This document shows positions 49,940 through 62,108 of a DNA stretch of 64,000 nucleotides, one piece after another. The stretch spans positions 140,184,001 through 140,248,000 of the forward strand of contig NC_086097.1 in NCBI RefSeq assembly GCF_963921235.1. Direction: 5' to 3'. Both the position numbers and the translations under genes were made by a program. Origin of the DNA: Mobula hypostoma (Eukaryota). The notes beneath the pieces are model-generated. The model had not been told where the DNA came from. It did no database searches and saw only the letters and a program-made list of their open reading frames with translations. Position 1 is the first letter of the stretch; each line of letters begins with the position of its first letter.

Positions 49940-51960
49940 AGAAATATAGCTTGGAAGTAGGCAATTCAGCCCACCATATTCATGCCAACCAGTGGGCACC
50001 CATCCACCTTAATCCCAATTTTCAGCACTTGGCCTGTAGATATCTAGACACTTCTTAAGTGCTATTAGTGCTCCCCACTCATTGGGTGAAAAATTTCTCC
50101 CTCAGATACCCTCTGAATCTCTAACCCTTTACCCGAAATCGATGTCCTCTAGTTTTATTCACATTTGAAGGGGAAAAGATTCCTATAGACTACCCTTCCA
50201 TTTTATATACTCCAATCATGTTCCCTCTTAACCTCCTCTGCTCCAGGGAGAGCAAAGCCTCTCCAGTTTATCCTCATAATTAAATCACTTCACCCCATGC
50301 AACATCATGGTGACTCTCTTCCACACCTTTTGCAGCTCTATCACAACTTTCTTACAGCGTAATGACTCTACCATTTATGGTGTACAGTATGTCCCAGCCT
50401 CATTAGTACTTCCAAAATGCTTTACCTCACATTTACTGGATTAAACTCTATTTGCCATTTCACAAACATCGATATCACCCTGTAGCTGCAAACCACCCTC
50501 CACACTGTCAACAACTCTACCAATCTGTGTGATCTTCCTCCTACATTCACATCCAAGTAATCCACACATTACAAACAGGAAGGGTCCCGGCACCAAGAAA
50601 CACCAATAGTTACAGGGATCCAACCACAAAAATAGCTCTCTTCCATCAATCACCCAGTCTCCTATTACCAAGCCAGTTTTGGACCTAATCTGCTTTGGAT
50701 CGCATGCACCCTATCCTTTTGGACCAATATCCCATACGTGACCTTCTTGAAAGCTGTATTGAAGTCCATGTAAACCACATCTAGTATACTTTTTTTTGTG
50801 TGCCATACTCTGCCAGAGCCTCGGCGACCACTTTTCAAGTGGTTGTATTGGAGGAAAGATTCTGTGAGTGGTCCCCCACGTCCTTCTCACAGCATAGATC
50901 TTTTTTTTATGAGGCCCAGTTGCGAGCTCAACACTCAACCCAGCACGGATGGAAAGCATGCCCGGGAGTGGCCCAACTGGATTTGAACTCGGGAACCTTC
51001 GCTGCGGAGTCCGGTGCTGATGTCACTGCGCCACCAGCCGGATATACTTTGTTACCTCTTCAAAAGATCCATTCTGAATAATCAGATAGGAACTTTCCTT
51101 GACAAAGCCATAGTGGCTATTTCTGATTAGTCCCCATCTTTCCAAGTGATCATTCAGCCTGTCAGTCCTTTCTAGAAACCTCCCAGCTGCTGACGTTAGG
51201 CTCGCAAGTCTATACAGGTTTTCTCAGGTTACAAAGGGTTCCATTCCTACAAACTGTCAGAAGGTCAGAGATGCAGATGTGAACAGAATTCTCAAGCAGC
51301 AGCAGCAGATGCCAACAGCCCCACAACAGCCAGCAAATCCATCTTCCACATACTTGTTTCCTTTCTAAACACCTACCTTCACCTTTTATACTCTTGGCCT
51401 CCCACATATCCTGTGATACATTTATTTTTTCCTTTTTATTCAATTCTTGATATCTCATGACATGCTGGGTTCCCAGTTATTGCTAACCGTGACTTTCACT
51501 CTTACAGAAACACAATGGCCCCGAACTTACACAATTTCTTTTTTGAATGCTTCCTAATGTGCAAATGTAGACTTATCACAAGTAGATGTTCCTAATCTAC
51601 CTTTGCTAGGATCTGTTTTATTTTAATGATTCTGCCTCCCAGCTCGATTTAAGACTTTTTCTTTCCTGGTCCATCCATTATTATTTGCATGACACTGAAA
51701 TGTAAGAAATTATGGTCACTATTTCCAACATGCTCTCCACCAACAGTCCCTCCACTTGACCAACTACATTCATAAAATAATGTCTACTAGAGCTCCTTTC
51801 TTTAACGGTCTACTACATACTGTGTCAAAAAGCTCTCCTAGACACACCTCAAAATTCCCCCAACCCCCACCTCCTCACTCCCCCCCACCCCAAACACTTT
51901 GCTGAAGCAATCCCAGTCAAAGTTTGGGAAATTAAAATCCCCCAGTACAATAATCCAATT
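49940..51960 (-). mobile_element. Old CR1 LINE with internal deletions (EN to 3' end)
   Basis: Minus: IIVLGDFNFPNFDW (APE endonuclease) at ~51910-51955, MDFNTAFKKV (RT) at ~50740-50770, tail near 49945-50000. Confidence 0.75.
50793..51042 (-). mobile_element. tRNA-derived SINE with 8 bp TSD, nested in CR1
   Basis: A box TGGTGGCGCAGTG, B box GAGTTCAAATCC, short A tail. TATACTTT at 50785-50792 and 51043-51050. Confidence 0.85.
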
Positions 51961-52717
51961 TGCCCATAATACTATGGGATGAAGAAGATTGAGTGTTAGT
52001 TCTTTGAAGCATTTGGGATTCTAAGGGTCTCAGGGAATTATAAAGCCTTTAAATTCTCTCCCTCGTGGCTTTTTATAATGGGGGTTGTAATGAGTTAAAA
52101 CAGTTTGAATTACTTCATTTATGGAGAATACAGCAAGGGAAGGTAGCCAGGAGTGCACTGGAATCAAGCTCAAAGGGGCAAAGCCACTGATGTAATATTT
52201 CTAAAAATGCTGACAGTTAAAAAAGCCAATGGTATTTGAATTGAATTACAAGAGAACAAGATATCTTGCTACAATTACACAAGGCTTTGTGAGACCACAT
52301 CTAGAGTACAGTGAGGTTCACCCAAGAATGGATACTTTAGGTGGAGTGTACTGTAAAGGTTCACTGATCCAACAATTCCAGGTCCAAGGCAACTGAAAGG
52401 AAGGAAAGAAACAAACAAGGGGCAACAGTAAGGGAAACCATCAATCTGTGAATTACTGTATGAAGATACCAAATGAAATCACGTTTAATTATTATTCAAA
52501 CCATACATAGATATAGTAGAATGAGACAGCCTTCCTCTGGGGCCAAGGTGCAAAACATTCAAAGTAGCAAGCAAACAAAAATAGTGAGTGACATTCAAAA
52601 AGCGAGTAGCATAATTCAAAATAATGAGCAAAGAAGCATATTCACTTGAAGTCAAAACATATACATAGTCCAAGACCCTGTGCGACAATGTCTTGCAATC
52701 AATGGTACAGTATCCCA

Positions 52718-54844
52718 CAGGGGCGGCGCTAAGGTCCCAGTAGAAACTGCAATAGCACCAGCGTAGCACCACCAATAAGTTAACTGAAATTTCACGTACA
52801 AATGCAGCTGCTTTGGTTTCTCTGTATAGTTTTGAATACAGCTTATTTCTCCAGTTGATCTAGTGAAACAGCGCTCCCAATTACCATAGCACCCACACAG
52901 CAATAAAGGTAGAAACTCTGTCAGATCCGCTCTACACTTCTGCTTATTCGTTCGTTGTCAATGTCTTGCCGTTGCTGTTCTCAGATCAGTTAAGCTGATC
53001 TAAGTTCACTTAAGGTGGTGATGTCACTCACTCTCACTCACACGAGAGATTGATTGTATACATACATTGTGCAGGATCCAGGTGCAGATCCATGGTCTTG
53101 CGAGACTAACGGATGCCACACAAACCCATTGTACTTTTACAAGCAAGCGTGGGCCTGGCACAAGCATTACTTTGGCCAGCGTGAAAAATGGATCAATTTT
53201 TAATGAGAAAATGACCTCATCCAGAGGAATCAGTGGTGTCTCAGCCTGAGCATGTCTTAATTGAAAGTGACATGCAGAAAGAAGTAAATGGGGATGAGGT
53301 AGAGGAACAAGAAATGGAGCAGGATTCGGAAGAGAACATGGATGAAGCTGCTCTTAGTGCTAGTGGGAATACTGTTAGCGATGTTAGCCAGCAGCTGAGG
53401 AAGGACCCCGTCGACCAGCATTGAAAAAGTACGCTTCGCTGCTCGCAACAGTTTGGCAATCAGCAAAGGAGTTTTATTCGTGGCTGGTTTGACTGACTGG
53501 AATATTTGATCACGAAAGATACTACGTTCTGCTTCGCATGCAGGCATTTCCTGTGTGGAGGACATGGGTTTCATTCTGAGTCTACCTTCACTATCACCGG
53601 TTACCGCAACTGGCAGAAAGCTACCACAGCTTTCAAAACCCACCGTGTAAATGCAGCTCATAAGTTTGCTATGGAGGCATGGGCTGAATTCAGATTGAGA
53701 AAACAAGACAGTTCAAGATTGGGAAATATGTTTGAGAAAGGACATGCAAGGATTGTCCAAGAAAATCGTGAGTATACGAGAGCTGTGGTTGAGTCTCTAG
53801 CAAGGACAGACAGTGAATGACACAATGGAATTTCTAGCTCCAATGAGACCCTACCGCGATGCATTTATAGATTTATACAAACTAATCTGCATATTACTGA
53901 CTACCTGTGACATCTGCCTCATGCAAACGGAGTTTCTCTTGCCTCAGACGCCTCAAAAACTACCTAAGGAATAGCAGTGGCGATGCTCGGAACAGCAACT
54001 TGGCCTTGTTGGCCATAAACAGCCGGAGGACCAAAGCACTTGACATCCAGAAAATCCTTGATGCTTTCACCACCAATCACAACAACGGACGGATTGTGCT
54101 TCTCTGAAAACCATCAATGGTGAGTGCAGTTGATTTTTTAAAACATTTGGGTCAAGACTAAAGCTGATCATTATTATTATTATTTTGTGGTGGATACCCC
54201 ATAGTCCTTATGTTTCCAGCAAATGCTAAACTATTACATTTACTGCTATTAAGTCTACTGGTTTTGCTTAGACTTCCAAGCAGTGATTCTGTTGATTTTT
54301 GTTTTAAATTCAGTAGCCGAATTAATTGAGGTATTGCATGGTCAGAGTACGATTTGTCCAACTCCTGGTAAAGCCTTGCATCTATTGTTTGCCTTATTTG
54401 ACTTTAATAACGGTGTATCTTTTGGCATTGTCTGTCTATATAATGCAAATAGCAGTGGACATTGTGGGTTAGTGTTGTGTTTTTCAGTTGAAAAGCACGC
54501 ATTTGACGCCGATTGTGGGATTGGTGCGTGATTCACGTTGCGCGCGTGGGGGTCGGATGCTCTGTTGGTTTGTTTGTTTATGCTCTGTGTAGCCCGGGTT
54601 GTCTCCAATGCTGTTGACACTGTCACAGTTCACTTCTATACTATATTTATCAATTGCTGTTGCTTGTGAATCAACAGAGGCATTTATAGTAGGCACATAA
54701 TGCTTGAAACTGACTTTTGAACGCCACGTGTCTGGCCTTGCGAATACATACTGTATTACTATAGGGTACATCCCTTAGCACTATCACTGAATAATTCAGC
54801 CCCACCGTAGCACCAGCAAGAAAAAATCTCTGGCACCGCCACTG
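52718..54844 (+). mobile_element. hAT DNA transposon (Tip100/ZMYM1-like), internally deleted and non-autonomous
   Basis: Perfect 8 bp TSD GTATCCCA (52710-52717, 54845-54852). Imperfect TIRs CAGGGGCGGCGC / CAGTGGCGGTGC. Subterminal TAGCACCA repeats at both ends. Confidence 0.93.
53230..54107 (+). pseudogene. hAT transposase remnant: TTF-type zinc finger fused to the hATC dimerisation region
   Basis: FCFACRHF...FTITGYRNWQKATTAFKTH...AH then ENREYTRAVVESL, joined at ~53800 to DAFIDLYKLI...PVTSASCKRSFSCLRRLKNYLR...LALLAIN. The DDE core is missing and there are frameshifts. Confidence 0.88.
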
Positions 54845-55956
54845 GTATCCCAGCAGATGCCTGCAATCCAGCCTGTAATTCCACTGCTTGAACATGGGAG
54901 GGCAGCACTGATGGGAGCCAGAATTTAGCTGAGCGTAGACACCATACTGTAGCACTTCTGTGTCTCTCACCTGGTCTCTGGCAGCAGGCAAGCCCAAGGC
55001 TTAAGGCCTAGTCCTTGCTACAACCAGGGCTACACAGCTCCCATGTCATCTGTTCCACCTCCAGACAAGGGCAACAGGCCTGTGGCAACTTACATTATCA
55101 CTGTCCAACAGAGTCTCATGATTGCAAGTGAAATGTCTAAGACAATTTCCCTCGGTTATACTGCACTAACTTTGATAATTCCAAGTAGAGGCAGCAACAC
55201 AGACTGCAGCCAGGTCAGCTCTTCCAAGCCCAAATCGGCTCTTCTGACATTCTGGCAGGTTCTTCTGATATCCTGACCATTTCCTTCAACATCCCGGCCG
55301 CTCCACCAACACCAATCCAACTACTGTGATCAAAGAGCAGCTCACTGATAGAGTATCCCTGAAGTACCAGAAGTTCTTGGAATAGAACTGTCTTTGGATC
55401 ATAAAAAACAAAGTTTACAAAGAAAAAAGGATTTTCGGTTGGCCCTGAGAGGCCGCTGCATTTGCACACGCCACAATCTTACCAGAGGAGCCTTGGGAGC
55501 ATGATTTGAAGTGAATGAGTCTACCAACAGGTGTGTATCTGCACCTCTAGTCAGTAACTGATTTGGATCAAGCCTTGTCTCACCAGAAACAGGACGAAAG
55601 TACTGTTGCAAATGGTACTAAAGGCCAGTGCAGGTTATGAGGGGTTACTACTGTTGTATCCTACAAACATTTGTTGATCATGCTGTCATCCAAGCAGCTT
55701 CCAAACTCCCAGGGAAGGAAAGATACTCTGATAACTGATGGCAAGGACCAATGCATTAAATGGTAAGATCGTAAAACAAAGTATGAGCTTCCTGGGCTCA
55801 CTATGAACAGGAATAGTTTACATTTCACTAATTATTGGGAAGTAACTCTTATTCCATAATACTTCCTTCAGGACATAATCACAACTCAGCATGTAAAGCC
55901 TGTTCAAATGCAAGATGATTTTAAAATTAATTGAGGGATGGGCATAAAGAAAAAAA

Positions 55957-56168
55957 AACATAGAAGAAGGACATTCAGCCCCGTGTGTTTGTTCTGCCTT
56001 TCAGTGAGGTTCTGGCTGATCTTCACCTTCCTGCACTGACCCACATCTGTGGTTCCTTTAATATCTAAAAGTTTGTCAATCTCTGTCCTGAATATAATCA
56101 GCACCTGAGCTCAAGGTCCCTTGAGTAGGGAATTCCCAATATTCACCACCTTCTAGGTGGAGAAATTT
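55957..56168 (-). mobile_element. CR1 LINE 3' end
   Basis: Minus: VVNIGNSL...IIFRTEIDKLLDIKG and CR1 tail. Confidence 0.75.
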
Positions 56169-56688
56169 TGACAGTGCTTTCCCAATCACATCTACTTACA
56201 GTAGTTACTGACTGAGGAAGCAGTGTGTTTTTTTTTAGCTTCATGGATTGTAAATACATTCAACGTGTCTGCACCTTTTACACTGTTCAACAAACCGATT
56301 AGCAGCTTAAAGAGGTATAAAATTCAGAAACATATCTGGCATACCTATGCTTCCATATGTAGTAAAATACCAATTCTTATTAACTTGGATTTAACAGTGA
56401 AATTGCAACTATTAACTAGAATGTTTAACATTCTGAGAATGAGATATCATAGACTGACACTAGTCCCTACAATGTAGAAGCAGAAGGAAGAAATATTGAT
56501 CAAATGTTCCTGCAGAAAATACTTCCTTTATAATTCAGGTAATTGATTAAATGCCACACATTTGCAGTTTAAATAAAATTGAACTGGTTAATTAACTTGC
56601 ATTGAAAAAAAATCAACTCTGAACACAAGTAAACAACAATGATGATGTTCAAAGTGAGAATGGCTTCAAAATAATGTGAGTGACATCA

Positions 56689-56815
56689 TGACGAAGGGTC
56701 TCGGCCTGAAACGTCGACTGTACCTCTTCCTATAGATGCTGCCTGGCCTGCTGTGTTCACCAGCAATTTTTATGTGTGTTGCTTGGAATTCCAGCATCTG
56801 CAGATTTCCTCGTGT
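56689..56815 (+). mobile_element. Solo PLE pLTR 3' unit, 5'-truncated inside the hammerhead core
   Basis: TGACGAAGGGTCTCGGCCTGAAACGTCGACTGTACCTCTTCCTATAGATGCTGCC...CAGCATCTGCAGATTTCCTCGTGT. Same young subfamily as 61974-63330. Confidence 0.9.
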
Positions 56816-57446
56816 ATGGTATTTTAAAATCAGGTAAAAACAATAACAATATTGCACTAATACAACTGGTGCAGTATCATTTAATGTACGTGGAGGGAAA
56901 GGACTACTTGCAATTTACTGAGATTCCTCATCCCAGATGCAGCTTGCAGGAAAACTTGGAACAGCCCAGAACTGGGCACAAGAGAGAAATTCATTTCACA
57001 GAGTTAAGGCATTGTTTTTATGCAAATGAAGATGGTTCAGACAAGTGGAAAAGTGTAGACACTCCTGCAAGAAACGTGCCCTGTTTTGAACCAATTGTTT
57101 CACCATTTGATATCCAGTTTGATTTTAGACCAGTTAATTTGGAGGAGCTGATTACTGATAACTGCAACAAACCAGTGTACTGACCCATGGTACTACACCA
57201 TCAAAGGTGGGAAAGGGAGGGAGCTATGGAAAAGTGAAAATAAAAATTAAACTTTTAAATTTGAAGCATTGCTGAATCAGAACCCATGTTGCTCAGCACA
57301 GTGAATAGAACAGTCAGAGTTAAAGCTAGGCAGTAGAGCTTTGGAAGACAGAAGCAGAGAGTAGGAACAGGAGTAAGCCATTCAGACCACTCCGCTATAG
57401 CCCATCAGCCTAAATCAGTACCTTGCTTCTGCTTCCTCCCGACATC

Positions 57447-57610
57447 CAGAATCAGAATCAGGTTTATTATCACTGATATATGTTGTGAAATTTATTGTTT
57501 TGTGGTAGCAGTATAGTACATACAAAAATTACTAAAAGTTAAAAGAAATATAATATAGTGCAAAAAAGAGCAGAATAGTGAGGTAGTTCTCATGGACCAT
57601 TCAGAAATCT
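57447..57610 (-). mobile_element. Rex1-type 3' UTR remnant
   Basis: CAGAATCAGAATCAGGTTTATTATCACTGA is the reverse of the tail seen at ~3640-3670 and ~9130-9160. Confidence 0.7.
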
Positions 57611-57789
57611 AAAATCCCTTCAAATTGACAGTCAAGGTAATAATGGAGAGCAGTCAGGTGCATTTTAGAATGGGTAGAATTAAAGAAATCAAGGATGGGG
57701 ATGACGGGGATAAAGTTTCAGGCATGGCAGTGTGGCGTTAGAAGATGTTACAGAGGTGGAAATGGGTCAAGATTCATAGAAATTAGGGA

Positions 57790-59420
57790 TAGTCAAGGAA
57801 GGGAAAGATTTAAAAGCAGCCCAATGGAGAAACTTTTTTACACAGGGGATGGTGGATATATGGAATGAGCTGTCAAAAGAAGTTGTAGAGGTGGGTACGA
57901 CTACAATGTCTAAAAGATATTTAGACAGGTTCATGGATAGAAATGTTTAGAGGGTAATGGGACAAATGCAAATGAGACTAGGCTAAATGGGTTTAAGGTC
58001 AGAGGTTTATAAAGGAGATCAGGGAAGTCTAAAGGAGCTCATTTCCTCACGCAAAAGACAATGTGTATTTGAAATGAGTTGCCAGAAATAGTAGTTGAAG
58101 TGGGACACATTAGTAGCATTTAAAAGCCACTTATATAAGTACATAGATAGGAAAGGTTTAGTGGTCTATGGGTCAAACGTGGGCAAGTGGGACTAGCTCA
58201 CTGAGCAACACAATCGGCATTGAGAAGTTGGATCAAAGGGCCTGTTCCTGTGCTGCATCACTCTATGTTTTAATAGCTACGTGTGTGGGTGCCATACCTT
58301 ATAAACTTCGCTGAGTTTTTGAAGAGATGAGCAAAGATAATTGATGAGGGCATGGCAGTAAATGTTATCTACATGGACTTTAATGCTTTCTGCAAGGAAC
58401 TTCATTGTTGGCTTATCTAGAAGATTAAGGCATATAGGATGCATGGAAACTTGGTAGAATGGATTCAATATCAGCTTGGCCAAGATGACAGAGGGTAGTG
58501 ATGGAGGGTTGTTATTCTGACTGGATGTCTGTGACTTGCTGTGTTTTGCAATGATTGAACCTGGGATCACTGTTTTTGATGTACATAAACAATTTGGATG
58601 AAAATGTGGGTGGTCTACAGACAACACAAAAATTATTGGAGTTATAGATAGTGAAGAAGGGTTTTCAGCAGGATATACAGTAGATCAGCTGGAAATGTGG
58701 CAAATGGAGTTCAATCAGGACAAGTATGAGATGTTGCACTCTGGGAAGTCAAGTGTAAGGAAATGACTGGACTCTAAAGGAGCACTGATCCACAGAGGGA
58801 TCTTGGGGTCTAAGTCCACAGCTCCTTGAAAGTAGCAACACAAGTGGATAGGGCAGAAAAGATGATGATGGCAGTAAAGATCAACATCATTGGTTTGGAT
58901 ATTGAGTAGAAGAGTCAGGAGGTCTTGATACAGCTGTATACAATTTTGGTCATGCCACATTTGGAATATTGGTTCTGGTTCTGTTTACTGCATTATAGGA
59001 AAGGTGCTTTGGAGACGGGTGCAGATAAGATTGCCTGAATTAGAGAGTATCAGCTATAAGGAGTGGTTGGAGAAACTTGGATTTTTTTCCTCTGAAGAAT
59101 CAGATGTTGAAAAGTGTACAGTATTTAAAATTATTAGAGGCATGGATAAGGTAGGTAGTGTTTATTCCCAGGGTGGAATATCAAATATTAGAGGATATAG
59201 CTTTAAAGTGAGCAGGGAGCATTTATAGATTTAATGCAAGTTTTTATTTTACACAAAGAGTGAGAGATACATGATGGAAATAAATCTGTCAGTAACATTT
59301 AAGGGGCATTTAGACAGAAAAATAAACAGGAAGGGAATGGAGAGATATAGACCATTTATCGGCAGATGGGATTAGTTTCAATTGGCTTTGTGATCAGCAG
59401 GGATATCATGGTGCGATGAT
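57790..59420 (+). mobile_element. Three head-to-tail CR1 fragments
   Basis: Two short 3' ends (~57800-57990, ~58010-58270), then an RT-to-tail fragment (EFFEE, IYMDF, WQMEFNQDKYEMLH, LVMPHLEY, SYKEWLEKLG). Confidence 0.8.
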
Positions 59421-60744
59421 ATTGTGTTTGCTGACCACAAAGCTTTAAACCCTATCCGTTATAGAAAGCTACAGGTACCCTCACTAAAGTGAGATTATAC
59501 TGTAACTACTTACTCTTCAAAAGCTAGCTCACTTCCCTGTTTATCCTCCATGGCATGTTTAGCTGCCAATATCCACTATTTGAGCAGTGGGCCCCCTCCC
59601 TACCAAGGAGGAGATACTTCCAGCTAACAAAGTTTAAATACAGTTCATTTATTTTTAGTGATACATGATTAAATCTAGACAAAATTCTTAAACCACACAG
59701 AAAACCTCTGAGTTTTAAGATCTTAAAAAAGATTTCCAAATTAAAAATGATTTCTAAAGTAGAAAAGATTTCCAAAACACAGATACAATTCCTATAAGTT
59801 AAAAAGACATACCCATGAGTCACAGATGAACAAATCATCTGTTCTAAAAATTGAAGGCAGCAGAATAGATTCTAGTTCACCCTGTGTTTTTGTCATTCTG
59901 CTTGATGTTCCTGGGCCATGACTAATAAGCCTGCCAGCTCTCTACATTTATACTGTTTTTCTGCCACTTAGTTGACTTCACACGTATATGATAGTTTTTC
60001 TGATACCATTTTACACAAACTGCCTAAAAGCTTCTGGAAATAAGAATTTCCAGATTCCTACAATTAATGCTGTGAAGATGACTCTTTAAGCACTCAAACC
60101 TTTCAACTACTAACAGATCAGCCATTTGATGTGCTAAGTAATAGTATCAATCTGCTCTGTAAGCTTCCTTGAACTAAATAATTTAGCCATATTGTCTGGT
60201 TTGAAACAAGCTCAATTAAATAACTCTATTGCTTTACATTTCAAGTCTTGAGAAATTGACCCAGGTGATGTGAACCAGCATCCTGTGTTCTATAGACAGT
60301 GCGTTTGTTCAGCTGTCCTTTTAACTTCAGATTGACTATCGCTTGCCATTTACATTAAGAACTGAAGACTGGTTCCCATTTATGTCAAGAAGCTAAGCAA
60401 AGAATATTAGTTGGAAGTTTATCTTACTCAACACCACCCTTGACGTTTCAGCTGCTACGTTGGAAAGCTGAGCTTGGCACAAATGGAAAGTCCCCTGGCC
60501 CCAGACAGTGGATATCTATCACAATGGGCCAAAGGGCCTGTTCCTGTGTAGTACTGTTCCATGTTCCATGGCACAATCTACAGTTCTGTGCTCCTGCTAC
60601 AAAGCCCTGGTCATCTAGCGTCAATACTGGAAGTTCCAATAAGTAAAATTCCCCAGTGGAGCAAAAAAGGGAATCTGCATGGGAATCACAGGCACACAGT
60701 CCTGCTGTTTCCTTAAACTGATGCTATTAATTCAATGCTGTATG

Positions 60745-61875
60745 TGTTACTGGATCGCGAATTTCCTTACTTGTAGACCCCAGTCAGTTCAGAATGGCAA
60801 CAACATCTCCTCCACGATCTCCATCAACATAGGTGCACCAGAGGACTGTTTGCTGAGCCCTGTTCTACTCACTTAACGAATAGGACCGTGCGGCTACGTA
60901 CACAATGCCATATTCAAATTTGCTGATGACACCACTGTTGTGGGCCGAATCGAAGGTGGTGGTGAATCAGCATACAGGAGAGAGATTGAAAAATTGGCTA
61001 AGTGGTGTCATAACAACCTCTCAATCAATGTCAGCAGACTAAGGAACTGATTATAGACTTCAGAAGAGGGTAACCAGAGATCCATGAGCCAGTCTTCATG
61101 GGAGGATCAGAGATGGAGAGGGTTAGTAACTTTAAATTCTTGGGCGTTACTATTTCAGAGGACCTATTCTGGACCCAGCATGCAAGTGCAATTGGGAAGA
61201 AAGCACAGCAGCCCCGCTACTTCCTTAGGCGTCTGCAACGATTTGGCTGATATCTAAAACTTTGACAAACTTCTATAGAAATGTAGTGCAGAGTATATTA
61301 AATGGCTGCATTATGGCCTGGTATTGAAACACCAATGCCTTTGAACGGAAAATCCTACAAAAGGTAGTGGATTCGACCCGTCCATCACGGGTAAGCCCTC
61401 CCAACCACTGAGCACATCTATGAAACACTGTTACAGGAAAGCAGCATTCATCATCAGAGATCCCCACCACCCGGGCCATGCTCTCTTCTCACTGCTGCCA
61501 TTAGGTAGAAGGTACAAGAGCCTCAGGACTCACACCAACAGGTTCAAGAACAGTTACTACTCCTCAACCATCAGGCTCTTAAATAAAAGAGGATAACCGC
61601 ACTCACTTTCCCCATCACTGAAATGTTCCTAAAATGATCTCACTTTAAGGACTCTTTATCTCATTATCTCATGTTCTTGCTATTTATAACCATTTATTTA
61701 TATTTGCATTGCACAGTCTGTTGTCTTCTGCACTCTGGTTAATCTTTCATTGATCCTGTCATAGTTATTATTCTATAGATTTGCTGAGCATGCCCACAAG
61801 AAAACAAATCTCAGAGATGTATATGGTGACATATACGTACTTTGACAATAAACTTTACCTTGAATGTTGAACTTT
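60745..61875 (+). mobile_element. Rex1/Babar LINE 3' fragment
   Basis: WIANFLTCRPQSV, GAPEDCLLSPVL, FKFADDTTVVG, TKELIIDFRR, FKFLGV, DPHHPGHALFSLLP and tail AATAAACTTTACCTTGAA. Confidence 0.9.
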
Positions 61876-62070
61876 ATTCAGTAATTACATGATGCAGCAG
61901 TTACAACGCATTTGAATGTATTCAATACATTGCAATAGGAGGTCACAGTGAGGGTTGATAAGAATAAATAAGTAAACATGAGGAAATCTGCAGATGCTGG
62001 AAATTCAAGCAACACACACGAAAAATGCTGGTGAACGCAGCAGGCCAGGCAGCATCTATAGGAAGAGGTA

Positions 62071-62108
62071 CAGTCGATGTTTCGGGCCGAGACCCTTCGT
62101 CAGGACTA
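62071..62108 (-). ncRNA. Minimal hammerhead ribozyme motif (helix III ACGT changed to ACAT)
   Basis: TAGTC CTGACGA AGGGTCTCGGCCC GAAAC ATC^GACTG. Confidence 0.72.

Noticed and set aside
50975..51042. tRNA gene
   Set aside because: A and B boxes are present but I could not fold a convincing cloverleaf, and it continues into a SINE body with tail and TSD.
53230..54107. Host ZMYM1-like zinc finger gene
   Set aside because: It lies between TIRs with an 8 bp TSD, lacks the catalytic core and is frameshifted, so it is a transposon remnant.
56776..57183. 135 aa plus ORF
   Set aside because: It starts inside a pLTR unit, and no domain or convincing splice structure was recognised.
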